Source: Guillardia theta CCMP2712
Lineage: Eukaryota; Protista; Cryptophyta
Assembly: GCF_000315625.1 (NCBI RefSeq)
Contig: NW_005434652.1
Coordinates: 1-41,714 of the forward strand
Length of the DNA stretch: 41,714 nt
Direction of reading: 5' to 3'
The notes under the pieces were generated by a model, which worked only from the letters and a program-made list of their open reading frames with translations, searched no databases and was not told where the DNA came from. The number at the start of each line of letters is the position of its first letter. Positions within the stretch are counted from its first letter, which is position 1. The position numbers and the translations under genes are program-made. Positions 23,354-36,270 of the stretch are shown piece after piece.

Positions 23354-25486
23354 TCATACTTCGCTCCTTTTCACAGTGACAGTTGCAGCGACGATGGCGT
23401 GGTCGGAAGGAAAGTTCATGGTAGGAAAGACCATGTCTTCGATGTAGGATGCCTTTCCGGTGTTGTCTTTGTGTGCACTGCAAACATGTCACCTTCGGTC
23501 TCAACCATGAGCGTCCTCGCTTACCATCGGCACTCGAGCTGGGACGAGGAGAAGACGATCCAATCTTTGAGATTCTTGTCTGCCTTTGTTATTCTGTCGT
23601 CCCTTCTCACCGCCTGCTCCAGTTGTCAGCCATCCGAACCGTAAACATCTTCTCCTTCTCACCTTGTTCAGCTGGGGCTGAAGGAACGTACGGGCGTTGC
23701 AAGTGGTGGGGCTGTAGGGATTGGGTGTCGGGCCCCAGCATGAGATTAACCCTCTCTCCTCCAAGAAGCTCTGGAACTCTGAGACTCCCTGATACTGGTC
23801 GTTGTGCACCTTGTAGGTGTTCGCGTCCAGTCCGATGATGAGGATGCGCTCAGGGTACTTGGTGCTGGCAACTTCATGCAGAGCCCGGACGATAGGGACT
23901 GTGGCCAGCCCATTGGTATCTCCGTGAAACGAGGCTAGAAGGAACTTCCTGCCGTTGGTGGCATCGATGCAATAAGCCGCAAGATCTCCGGGGTATAAAA
24001 CGGCTCCGGGAGTGCTCTCAGTTGCCTTCTTGTGAACTTGGAGAACCTGCTGATAGTGAGATTGCAATAGTTACAGAAGGTAAAGCACCTCATCTGTAAT
24101 GTTCTGAGCAGCAGATGCAAGAAATACATCTTTCTTTACAAGGATAAGGGAATTCTACAAACAGAACTTTCAGAAAACATCACAAGAAAAAACACTGATT
24201 GAACTAACCTGATCTCTCTTTCCATCCATGACTGAAGGCAAGAGAGGAATGTACTGCTCTTCCAACAAGTTTCCTGGTTCTCCATGTACAAACGCCCCAG
24301 CCGCTTCCTATCAATGAAGTAAGCAATCGTGCAAATGAACCAAGCAATGGACAATTCTCACCTGAACAAAAACAATCTCGTAGGAGCCGTAAGTGTTCAA
24401 AATCACAGATGCAACTTGTCTGCGAGACGATAGATCAACGAAGGTCACATCAAACACCAGAACCTTACCTATCTTTGTTGATGAGTAAGGCGTCCGCAAG
24501 AGACCTTCTGATCCTCTGCCACGAGTCGGGCGCGACCGTGTTCAAGATGTGAAGCTGGATCGCATCGAAGATGGCGAGGCAAAGAACTTGGAGAGGAAGG
24601 CTGATCCTTTCCTCTTCGACAGAGAGAGCCGGGTATTTCTTGTGAAGAATGGGCTCGAGGAGCGAGTAAACCAACTGAAGACTTTGTCAGCACAAGAAGC
24701 TGAAGTTTTTCACAGAATTACCTTTGGCGCCTGTCGAGCTCCAGAACTGTACACTTCAACTTCGGTATTGAAGATAAATTCTCGCCATTGCGACCACCAA
24801 GACTCTCTGTCCCCCATGTCCTTCTCGTAATAGTTGATAACCGTCGGTCGCTTCATTGTCTGGCCGCCGACACAGTTGATTGTGTTTGTAATGCGGTCAG
24901 GCATGGATGCAAGCCTCTTCTTGCCGATATTCGAATCCTTGAGGAATCCTGAGACGATCTTTCTGCTCCTGAAGTCGTCCTGCCAAAGCTGCTTCACCTC
25001 TGCAATGCCTACAGCCTTCTGGCGCTGGAGGTCACACATGAGCTGCTCCACCATGGAGTCTGTCAGAACTTCATGAACTTCGACGTCGTACTCTTCAGGA
25101 TGATCAATGACTTTCTGGACTCCTTCCATCAACGAGTTATAAGCAGGATCAGGGTGCGTGACCCAGTACTCGAAAGGATTGTTGTTCACAGCTGCAACGT
25201 TCCATGTGGCGATTGAAATATCGTCTGGATGACGATTGGCACATACTGAATCATGTGCAGCATGTCCATGGTGACTTCTAACATGACAATCGCTGAGACG
25301 AGAGACAACGTGATTCTCGCATGGCACCGGATGATTCTTAGAAATGATTCGGTTTGTAGCAGGGGGGAACGGTGATGGCAACGGGCTTGGAGTAAAATCA
25401 TACTGTGTACAGCAAGAAGCACACTCAGGAGATGCCTGGATCATTGCTGTTACGGAGTGTGCATCGGGCACATTCTCCGTCATCAT
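23354..25486 (-). CDS. Endonuclease/exonuclease/phosphatase (EEP) superfamily protein
   Basis: IATWNVAAVNNNPFEYW, ASFHGDTNG, IIGLDANT and C-terminal FPSDHAIV match EEP catalytic motifs. Confidence 0.8.
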
Positions 25487-25739
25487 CTTGTTAGGCGCTA
25501 TTTTGAAGATAGATCGACAACAAAGAGATGCTTGGCTCTCGCAAGAAACCACACTCGATCCTGAGGCCGTTCAAGAAAGAACAGCAAAGTAGAAAGAGAA
25601 AAGAAGGAGAGGCGGGACGAGGAGAGGATCCGATCAAACAGAACGAGGAAAATACACTTGTTCTCGCTTCAGCCAACAATCGACCTCTGCAAGCTGTGCA
25701 TGCACAAGCGCGTCGAGCTGCAGGTGGGAGAGGATGGAC

Positions 25740-27780
25740 CTTCCACCCCTGAGGTGGGGGTAGTTGATGGGGATAGTAGGGGTAGTCTGTGGAAACTCGA
25801 GGGTCGAAATGTCTGGAGGTGGGGGAAAGGTCCACAGAGCTTGATAGGGGTAGGGGATTAGGTGGGGGGGTGGGGGGACCGAATGTTCCCCTACGTTGCA
25901 TCAGACTCGACAAATGGTGGGGTAGAACAAGGGAAGTCAGGGGGTACAACCAACGTGATGAGCTGGAGAGCTGTACAATCAAGGGGTGTTGACCTAGGGA
26001 AACCTCAAACTAGGGGGGTAACCTCGAACAGTCTTTACTACAATGTAGTAAAGACTTTTATACAATGTTTTATCTCATGTTACAACAGGAGGATGCTTAC
26101 TACATATCGAGGACCTGATAGGAGGCGATAGCCTTGAAGGAAATGAAAGATCGGACAAAATTTAGTGGATCTTCTTGTCATTTCAAATTCAGCAGGGTTA
26201 AAATCCAAACTTGTATCTCTCGAGAGTAGTCTTGTCCGAAACCGATGGAAGCAATCGGAAGTTTTTTTTTGAAAAAAAAATCAAACAATTTTAAAGGAAG
26301 TGTAGTAAAATAGATAGGTTCGATCCAAGCAGTTTCGAATTTCCTTTGAGATATGTTTTCTATGTTTTCGAAACTCAAAAGGAAAATTACAAGTTCTGGT
26401 AAACTGCTCCTAGAAGCCTGTTGTCCTCTTATGAGAGATTCTATAATGACGATGGCTTTGTTGTAAAGAAGAAATGGGTTCGTACCAATTTCAAGTGTAA
26501 TGGAATTTCTCAATCACAATTGCAAATTGCATGATACTCTTTGAACTACTATTTGAATAAAAAAGACTGTCAGCTGATTTGTTTGTTAATCATCATCAAT
26601 CCTCGTGATCATCGCTGTGTAGTAATTGTCGTAGTGATCTTGTTGTTTTTATCAAAACGTTGTAAAAATGGTACAAATTTCAAAAATACCAAAAGTCTGT
26701 AGATGGTCAATTCTGAGTATTTCTGGTGGTCGTCAGAGGGGTAGGGTTCCTTTTTGTACTCGGTATAGACCGAACAAGAAGACGGATTGGTTTGGAATCG
26801 ATCTAAATCCATATGTTTTGTTGATTCAAACCCATAAATTCAGAAAATTACTACAAGTGTCATACCCATGTCATGTGTATCTTTACAACGAAATCCATTT
26901 ACTACAGATGGAGTCACGGCATCATGACAGGAATAAACTCTGTTGCTTAGTAGCAGTTGCGGCCGCCAAGCGGCCCCGGTCGAGCGTCTGACCTACCGTC
27001 CCACTGTGACAACAATTGCAGTCGTTGCGATTCTGAAGTTCGCCTTTACTCAGTCGCGCCGGGGCCGGCCCGGCCGGGGGCCGCCCCCGGGCCCCAGTCC
27101 GGACCGTCCGATCAGAGTTCACTGTCACGCCAGATCAGTCCGTCAGGCAGTTCCGTGACTATCAGATCAGATAGCCCCTGGATTGGGTTTGGTTCTCGCT
27201 GTCTTTCTCTTCAAGGCTCGCCGTCGGTCGGATTTGAACTTAAATTAAGTTCGGAGTAAAGAGCCCCTAGAGTCGGAGGAACGGTCCGAAGTTGCACTGC
27301 GGCAGTGGCACCGTGGCACCTTGAGAGTCTAAACTTTACTCAAAGTTAAGTTAAAAATCAGTACGAGGCCCCCGACGGGCTGGCAATCGGCCGGGAGCCT
27401 CCGGCCGGAGACGGACCTTTCAACGGGTAAGCCTGAAGGCCGACGGTCGCGGGGGTGACCATGACTTGAAGTACGGACGGTTGCCGCGTGTGCGGCGGCG
27501 GCCAGCGGGAGTCCGGCGCCGCCCGCCGCCGGGCCGGGTGCCCTGGCGGCAGTCACAGTCGGACTGGGCCAACGCGCGGCCCGGCCGGGCCCGGCCGCCC
27601 GCCGCCGGCGCCCGCCGGTCCGCCGGCCCGGGGGTCCCTGAGCCGCCCGGCGGCACTGAGTCCGAGTGACTCCCGTCGGTTCAGTCACTGTGAAGTTGAG
27701 CGGCGTGACCGACGACGGTATCCGCATGGCGCCGGGCGGCCCCGGCTCACACGGTCCCGGCCGATCAATTCAATTCGGAG
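25740..27780. other. Non-coding tripartite island A (G-run block ~25740-26025, AT-rich spacer ~26030-26950, CpG/CCGG-rich block ~26960-27770)
   Basis: Sharp compositional transitions; no credible ORF; lies between divergent genes. Confidence 0.7.
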
Positions 27781-27924
27781 TTAATGATTGTCACAGTGAC
27801 ACTAAACAAACTTGCCCTGCAGCATTCTCTTCTCTTCTTCCCTCCATCGTCGCTGATTTCGAAAATATTGCCAGAAAGGTTCGCCAATCCTGCGACAACT
27901 CCATATCAGCAGCTACCAGGCAAC

Positions 27925-29640
27925 ATGCCCAGTTACCAAGGCCATGCGAGTCCCAAAGAGGAGAGAAGCGCGAAGAAAAAGCTCACTGAAATCATCCAGA
28001 ACCAAAAAGAGCTACGAACATGCCGCTCGTACATTGGCTTCGGAAGAGTCAGATACAGGATCTGAAGTCAAAGAAATCAGCTGATTAGCTAACACATAGA
28101 TGTAGAAATTTGGGTTATGTTCCGAAACCACAGGGTAAGTATGAGAACATTGAGAGAACGTTGTGAGACATTTGAAAGAAGTTGAAAGTAAGGGAGCAAG
28201 AAGCAAGAGAGAGGAGGGGCAAGTGAAGGAGCAGCTACCGTACTAATCCATAAGATCATCCAGGAGACAAAAGCGATGACGGCCCAAACTATCAGCCAAC
28301 TGCCGACAGGAAGTGTTTCCAAAGCATCTCTACGCACAGACGCTCTTGCCCTGCCACCCCGTCGATTCTGCGCCACAAGATCAGGGAAATAGAAAGCGCG
28401 TAAGTTTCGAAGATAGCAGAGCCAAGACAGGTCAACCATCATCGAGCGACAAATACGGAACAATTTTTGAATATCCAAAAATCCAAAGATCTAAAGGAAA
28501 CTCACAAATTTCTTGTTTGTTGTGCTGGATCTTGAAACAATTCTACGTCGGTGTAGCATTTTCCGAGAAAATATGGGGGGTGGGGGGGGGGGGAGCGGGG
28601 GTGATGGAGATGTAGCTCGAGAATGGAGATGGTAGCAGAGACGCTTGATGGAAGCACAGAACAGGAACCAAACCAAAACCACCACACAAAGAAGCTAATG
28701 CTTGGAGTTTGCTTCCCGTTTGATCAGTGGCCTCGCAGCCTCCGGCTCTCCTACACCAATCATCAGATCCAACCCCCAAGATCAACGATGAACTTGACCT
28801 GGAAACATGGCCAATCCCACCAAAGACAAGCAAATTCCAGCAAGCCCAAGCTTAATCCGGGTGCGTGGGTTCGAGCTCTTGTACTTCTGTATCAGAAAGA
28901 TGAGAAGTGCATGCCGGCCATGCTCTTGTACAGCAAACCTGCCAGAGAGACTTTCCTGCCATATTCGCTGATGTGAGATTCACTGCATACACTGCCCGAC
29001 CTAGACTGCCGAAAGAGTAAGGTTCCATCAGATTCAACAAGCAATCGTGGCCGTTACTCGTTCTCTCAGCTTGCCATATGCTTTTGTTCATCTTATTGAG
29101 TTTTGTTCATTTCATTGCAATGCTGCTAATGATGCAAGGAATGGCGAACAAGATCAATCATGCAAAATCTGATTTCGCTATCCATTGTGCCTTACTAGAA
29201 GCTCGACAGCCTCTGCCATACCCTTCTCCGCTCCTCCCTCGTCCCTTCTTGCCTCTTTCCCTCCTCCCTCCCTCCTCCCTCATGCTCCGACAGTTGCAAC
29301 GGTTATCTTAAAACCGTTCTTCCGTAACTGGAGGATGTGGTTTGCTGCGCAATGGACGCGGGTGGTTGTGGACTGCCGCAACTTTGAGGGAAATGGCAGG
29401 GAGGAACGCGGCAGGACAGGAATACAGAATGTGCAGATTAATCTCTTTCCACTGCTCCCCTCTGCTCTCCTCTCTTCCCCTTCGCTCTCCCCTCCCCTCC
29501 CCTCCCCTCCCCTCCCCTCCTCTCCTCTCCTCTCGCCCCATCGCTCTCTGCTCCCCTCTTTCCTCTCAGCACCCCTTTGCAGCCCTCTGCTTCCCTCTTC
29601 TCAGTCCTTGCGTCTCTGCATCTTCTCTGATTCACCATGA
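27925..29640 (+). CDS. Possible hypothetical multi-exon gene or pseudogene
   Basis: MPSYQGHASPKEERSAKKKLTEIIQNQKEL... followed by intron-like segments and further ORF pieces. A clean splice path could not be established. Confidence 0.35.
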
Positions 29641-30147
29641 TCTCTGTTCTTCTCACATACCAATGGTCAATCAGAAGGCGAGAAAGCGAAAAACAAGCTG
29701 ATGCCGATTGAGATACTGGTAGAAGGAGATAAGACAAGCTGATGCCGATTGAGATGCTGGTAGATGGAAATAAGGCATAACATACAAGCAAGGTGACTCT
29801 GACGTGCTTGTCTGGCTGATGATCGACTTTATGTCGAATACCAGGAACAAAGAAGCAAAGAAGTGGCATGGAGCCAAACTTACAGAGATAGAGATACAGA
29901 GGGAGACAGAGAGTGGGTGAACAGCACATGTGGAGATGAGTAAGATGAGGCGATGATCGTCCTTAGTGTTTCAGCCTGACAGGAAGTTCTTTCTTCTTTC
30001 TTGTTGATTGCTATCAAGAATGTTTGGATCGAACTCACTTACTTTGCAGGAAGGAAATCATTCACTTCCAGCTCCTCTTGTCGTTTTGTAGCAATCCTAC
30101 CTCTTCTTGAAAGTCAGTCTACAAACCGACAACCGGAGTCATCAATC

Positions 30148-31008
30148 ATGGAGGAGTCCCATGAATATTCCAGGTTTGAACGAGATTCAGGATCCACCTG
30201 GAATTTCCTCCACTTGGACTGTGCTCTGCTCAAGCTTGCAAGAACTTCATCAGTAGCTATGATCGCTGCCATGTGGATTGCTCCTTTCCTCCCCTTCGTC
30301 TCCGTTATTGCTCATCTACCTGACTTCACCATGCACATGATCGTCCTGGTCCTTCTTAGTGTCCTTGAACTCCCATTCTGCTGCACCTTCCTCAACTTCT
30401 GCGTCATGATTCAGAAGGTAGCTTCTTCTCTTCTCCTCTCTCTCTCCTCCCTGCTCCCATTACCTCCTCCCCCCAAACCCAACCCTATTGGCTTTCCTCC
30501 TCTGCTCCCCTCTTCCTTCCCCTCTCCCTTCTTTTTTCACGTCTGTCCTCTCTTCCTCATTCAGTTTCAGCTGCTCTCCTGCTTTGAGATATACTGGCTG
30601 CGTGGACTGCTCTATTGGGTCTTGGCCGTCAGTCTCCTCCTGGTGAGCCAAGTGCTATCACCGCTCCTTTCCCTCCCCCTCCCTCGTGCCCCCAACCCCA
30701 TCGCAACTCGCTTCTTCCTCGCTGCTACTGTGGGTGACAGCCAAGGCAGGTCGACATTTTCATTGACGACAGGAGGAGCCTGACGGCCTGGCTCTTCGCT
30801 CTCGCCCTGATAGTCGTCGGCACCATGTACGTGCTCGCTCACTGCAACGGAGAACGAGGAGGCGCGAGAGGTTCTGCTCGCAAGCTCCCTTCCCCTCCTG
30901 ACTCGCGCAGTCTCGGATCTCATCGAAGACAACGGAAGCAGCGGCTGGCGCTTTCCTCGGCTCTTTGGCAGAGGAGAAGGAGCAGGAGCAGGAGCAGTCA
31001 CTTTGTAG
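30148..31008 (+). CDS. Flower/TVP18 (CACFD1-like) membrane protein
   Basis: LELPFCCTFLNFC resembles the Flower ExPFCC motif, followed by WLRGLLYWVLAV and further TM helices. Spliced end ...GAVTL*. Confidence 0.72.
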
Positions 31009-31278
31009 GAGGAGGAGGAGGAGGAGGAGGCGCGAAGTGACTGTGCAGCAGGACGCAGGACGCGCTAGGAGAGGATGTTGCGTTCCGACGAGCTGCCCTT
31101 AGAGCCGCCATGTCAACTGCCTTGTAACTGTGAATAGCAAACACCCTGTGCATAATGCCGCCTCCCACCTTCCACATTTCCTCCTCCTCCTCCTCCCCTG
31201 CGCCCCCACCCGCCAACATCGTCCTGTTGCTACTCCATCTCCTTCCTCTTCTCCTGCTTCTGTCCAACAGAAGAGCTC

Positions 31279-33744
31279 TTATATCGCCAAAACCTGCCAC
31301 ACTAGGTGATTGACCAGAAGGAAGGGAAGGGATGGGAAGGAGGAGCAGGGGGATCAGAGACAGGAAGGGACCTGAAAACCAGTGTGAAGCTCCTGGACCG
31401 AATTCTCCTCCTCCTTCCCTTTCTTAATCAGCTTGCTCAATCTCTTGGCTGCCTTCTTCGCCTCCTGCGTCATGTCATCTCAAGCTCAGTGCAGTCTCCT
31501 TCCAACCTTGGCCTCCTTCCGCGTTTTTGCAGAGGGCTTGCCCTTGTCCTCTCCCTCCTTGTCTGTCCCTTCTTTGAGGTTCGACAGCAGCGTTTCCTCC
31601 GCGTCCCCTTCGCTCTCCTTCCTATCATCCAGTGTGACAAGGAGTTTTGCAGCATCCCCTCAGCCTCCCTGCTCTGTCTCACTCTCCTTGTCCCCCGTTC
31701 TCGTAACGCTCCTCCCCTTCACTTCTCCTCTCCTCCCTCTCACTCGACTTCTCCTCTCCTCCCTCTCCTTCCCTTTACCTCTCCTCTCTTCCTGTGGAGA
31801 TGATATACTCGATCGCTGCATCCTCGTCCCCATCGACCTCTCCCAACACTTTGCGAACAAACGCCTTCATCGATGCGTCAGGAGGTGGAGGGAGAGGAAG
31901 AAACTGAGGGGGAGCAGGGAGAGGAGGAAACGGAGGGAGGAGGAGCAAGGAGATATTGAGAGGAGGACGCAAAGTGATAGAAAGAAGCGGAGTGAGGCGG
32001 ACGGGGAGAAGGGGAGAAACAGAGCAGAACAAGCAGAGAAGAGGAGACATAGATCTTGTCCAATGCATCTTACCACATCATTCACTCCTGTTCCTCTCAT
32101 TACTTGTTGCTCTGCACGATCAGGTTTCTCTCCGGATAAAGCTTTCTGGGAACCATCTCCCTAAGGAATAATATCAGTCTCCTCCCTTACCCCCTCCCTC
32201 TTCCCTCTTCCCTCTTCCCTCTTCCCTCTCCATCCCCCTCTTCTTCTCCCTCCTCATCCCGGTACTACCATGCTCGTCAGGTTGATCGGTTTTGGAATCG
32301 CTCCCTCCTCCTGGTCGTCCTCGCGCCGCACGCTGTTGTAGTGAGCCCATGCTTCACAGTTGCCTGAGACAGGCGGACGTGAGAAGGGGAAGCGGAAGAA
32401 GCGCAAGCGAGAAAGATGCCAGGGGGAGGGCGGGGGAGGCGGGGGAGGGATCGGAGAAGAAAAAGTTCAAGAGCCAAGTGAAAAGTAGATTCACCATCAT
32501 GCAAGCTGATGTGCAATGTTCGCTTGACACAAGCTTGTTTGTCTGACAGTGGCGAAACGATGAAACATGGCATGTCAGCCTGTCCGGATCTCATCAGTCA
32601 CTCATAACCAAGCGATCCCCTCCTCTTCCCCCCTCCCCTCCTCCCCCGGCTCCCCCTTGAAATCCTCTCCCTCCCCCTCTTCCTCTTCCTCCTCGGGAGC
32701 ATCAGCAACAAACGAACAAGCAATCAAGCACCGTGATGGTCTGCATTGAATCTTGCACAACCTGATGGATCGCTATGCTCATTTGGTTGCAGGAAGCATT
32801 CGCTACTATCTCCATATTTCCTCCCCATTCCCCATTCTTCGCAATGAAAAAGAATCAGCAGAGCACGTGGTGAGCTCGGCAGGAAGAAGAAGAAGAAGAA
32901 GAAGAAGAAGAAGAAGAAAGACAATGAGGCAAGGAAAAGGAGAAAGCGAAGATAGTGAGAGGAGGAGTGGGGGGAGTGGAACAACTGGAACAAAAGAAGC
33001 ACCAGGAGCAAGCAGAGCAGGAGCAGCAGGAGCAGCAGGAGCAGCAATCATAGACGGTGCCAGAATATTCTCTACACCTCTCGCATTCTACTGCAATAAT
33101 CTTCGAAGGATTCAGATTCATCCATGAAGCAGGCGAATTGATCTCTGTGAACAGAAGTGAGGAGAAGAAGAGAGAGCAGTGCAGTGCAGGAGGAAAGGAA
33201 AGAAGCGAACACAGAGAGAAAGAGCGCAAGAGGAGAAAGGGGCACAGCGAAGGGAGGAGAGCATGTGGAGGAGCAGAGGAGGTGAAGGAGAGGAAGAGAA
33301 AGGAAGGAGAGGAAGGATACTGCGGACAACAATTGGAGCAAGGGATGGGGGAGGCGAATCGAATTACTTGTGATCTTCCATGTAGTTAACCGTCTTCTCC
33401 CTCTCTCTGTGATGTAATGATTCATCGCCATGTAACTGATTGAGACGTCTCAACATGTCTGCAAGCATCTCAACCATGACAACCTGATCGGCGATGGCGC
33501 GGAAAAGACAGTTCCCGTCGCCTTCGATGATCTTGAGGAGAGTATGAGATTTGCAAACACAGAGAAATGAAGTTTCACTTTGATTCGCAACCCCAGCTCC
33601 TGCATCAAACCCAGACGTGAGATTTGACGAGAAGTTCACACAGGAGGACAGAAAATCAGAGAGAAGGGGAGGAACAAAGGGAACAACGAGGGGAGTGGGG
33701 TACACAAGAATGCAGCTACAGAAGACACGTGACAGAGCGCATGG

Positions 33745-33779
<35 letters not shown>

Positions 33780-33820
33780 TGCAGGCAGGCAGTGCAGGCA
33801 GGCAGTGCAGGCAGGCAGTG

Positions 33821-33859
<39 letters not shown>

Positions 33860-34063
33860 TGCAGTGCAGTGCAGTGCAGTGCAGGCAGGCAGGCAGGCAG
33901 TGCAGTGCAGTGCAGTGCAGTGCAGTGCAGGCAGGCTTCAATTCACCTTGAGCTTCTGTCTTTGAGTGCAAAGGTCACTAGATGATTTCTTCTTCTTCGA
34001 GCTCGCATCTTTCTCCCCCTTCTTGTTCTTCTTGTTCTGCTCCTTGTCTTTTTTCCCCGCCAT
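31279..34063 (-). CDS. OTU-domain deubiquitinase (OTUD3-like)
   Basis: IEGDGNCLFRAIADQ|LHGD, FEDYCSRMRE, GNMEIVANA...IAIHQ and HYNSVR supply the catalytic Cys and His. A UBA/CUE-like segment (KVLGEVDGDEDAAIEYII) and basic tail follow. Confidence 0.88.
33743..33936. repeat. Compound (GCAG)n/(GCAGT)n microsatellite in the first OTU intron
   Basis: Directly visible tandem units. Confidence 0.95.
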
Positions 34064-34285
34064 TCAATCCGCCATGTATGCTTCAGCTACATCATTTCAC
34101 AACCTCTCTATGACCATCCCCTTCATCTTCCTGCAGCAACTGTCACCCTTCCTCTCTCTCCCTGCCCCCTTTGTTGCCACTGTACCATCTCTCCCATCTC
34201 TTTCTCCTCTCTCTCTCTCTCCCCACCCCCCCTCCCCGCCACCCCCCACCCCCCACCCCCCTCCTTGCCTCCCTTTCCCTCCACA

Positions 34286-34456
34286 NNNNNNNNNNNNNNN
34301 NNNNNNNNNNNNNNNNNNNNNNNNNNNNNNNNNNNNNNNNNNNNNNNNNNNNNNNNNNNNNNNNNNNNNNNNNNNNNNNNNNNNNNNNNNNNNNNNNNNN
34401 NNNNNNNNNNNNNNNNNNNNNNNNNNNNNNNNNNNNNNNNNNNNNNNNNNNNNNNN
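34286..34456. other. Assembly gap (N run)
   Basis: 171 N. Confidence 1.
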
Positions 34457-34611
34457 CCTCGCCCTCGCCCTTGCCCTCGCCCTTGCCCTTGCCCTTGCCC
34501 TCGCCCTTGCCCTTGCCCTCGCCCTCGCCCTTGCCCTCGCACTCGCACTCGCACTCGCCCTCGCCCTCGCCCTCGCCCTCGCACTCGCCCTCGCCCTCGC
34601 CCTCGCCCTCG
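34457..34611. repeat. Hexamer microsatellite (GCCCTC/GCCCTT/GCACTC)n
   Basis: Directly visible; abuts the gap. Confidence 0.95.
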
Positions 34612-34619
34612 TCCCTTCT

Positions 34620-36270
34620 CGTCCCCGTCCCCGTCCATCTTCGCCCTCGCGGACTCTCCTCCTCCCTCCGAGGCTCCGTGGCAGGGCAGTGATCGGAGAG
34701 AGCTTCCCGGATCCGACTCACTTCAATCTGTACCGTGACTGCCAGTACCGTCCGGCGTTTCATCCACTGGCATCGAGTCATGGCATGATGCCATGACTCA
34801 TGATGCGATCTCAGGCTAAGATCCGACTCGTAGCCCATGTATAGTACCGGGTGGCTGTCCGATCACTTTCCAATCACTCGAAGAGTACCGTCTTCGAGTC
34901 CCGGATCACACTGACAGGCTGAGTGATCGCAGTCGGACTAGGCTGAGCCTAGTCCGAGAATCAGTGAATGATTAAAGATTAACTACCGACTGGGCGTGGG
35001 CCCCGCGATGTCGGAGGCCTTGAGTTCCCGGTGGCCGCAACGGTTCCGAGCGGGCAGTGAAACGGCGTCGGTCGGTGGGACTCGGGGGAGGCCGTGTGGA
35101 CACCATTATGATATCGGATGGATCATAATTCATAATCCTATAACACTATTGGAAGATTTGTCAAGGTGTGCTGCTAATTATATATAAAATTTACTATTAT
35201 GTATATCAAGGTTCAATAACAAGAATCCTTCCCACAAACTCTACCCACCCTACCCCTGGGAGCTGGGGCTGCAGTCTGTGCTGTGCAGTCGTCACTGATA
35301 CTCGAGCCAAGAGGGGGTGGGTAGTCTGAGAGAATCATTGGTGACCCCGTTTTGGGGAACATGTTGGGTCACGGGTAGGGGTAGTCGGTAGTAGGAGGTG
35401 GTGGAGGAGATACCCCCTAGGTTAGCTTTATATGACCCCCACCCGCATCGCCCTCCACCCCCTAGCTGGTCACATCCCCGATTCCAACTTTGTTTTTAAA
35501 ATTCCTGACGAGCATGTACCCCCACCTTTCTGTCTTCAGTACCCACCACTCACAGGCAGAAATTGGAGCAACCCCACCCCAGATTGTGTTTAGACTACCC
35601 TAAAATTCTTCTGTGAGTACCCACCAATTAGATAGTTGCCTACCACAACCACCTTGTGTAAGCCAAACACACCCACCCACCTGACTACCCCTACCTCCTG
35701 CTAGGAGTGCCTATTCTTTTTTGCTGTCACTATCTTATCCACCTCCTGAACACCCACCCCACAACACGTAACAAGAGTACCCCCACCCCCCTCATACCCC
35801 ACCCTTTCAAGCGGCACTATTCCCCCTTTTCTAGAAGCCCTTGCACTCGGCCCCAACCCGGGTACCCCCCTTCGATCAGCACATGTTCCCTCCCGTGCCC
35901 CCGCCACCCCCCCATCGCATACCCCCTATCTCCCTACAAGTGCATCAAAATTATACACACCCCTACCCCCTAATTTCATTCTCCTTTTTAATGTCTGGAC
36001 CCACCTCATCCAGATCCGCTGAACAGCAGATGGGACCTCCTTCGCACCCTACGGCTCTCCCACCTTTTCTTGTAGTTCTGCTCTTTAACCCCAACCCCAC
36101 CCCCACACCTCCACCTGCTTTGCTCCACCCCTCTCCACACTCACCCCGGACAAACGGACACCCCCATACCTACCCCGGTGAGCATTCGTCTATAACCCCT
36201 ACTATAAAATTCCGACACCCTACCCATAAATCCAAAAAAGTACCCACCCCTTCTTTCCGAAACAGTCCCC
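34620..36270. other. Non-coding tripartite island B, inverted relative to A (CpG-rich ~34620-35100, AT-rich ~35100-35230, C/G-run block ~35240-36270)
   Basis: Same three compositional blocks in reverse order, between divergent genes. Confidence 0.7.

Noticed and set aside
26178-26991. AT-rich ORFs as a viral, organellar or transposase insert
   Set aside because: Short, on conflicting strands, with no recognisable motif in manual translation.
26922-27784. Overlapping Arg/Pro/Gly/Ala-rich ORFs
   Set aside because: Stop-codon scarcity in very GC-rich DNA.
33617-34838. ORFs with QAGR, LALA, EGEG or PRPR repeats
   Set aside because: Translations of microsatellites and of an N gap.
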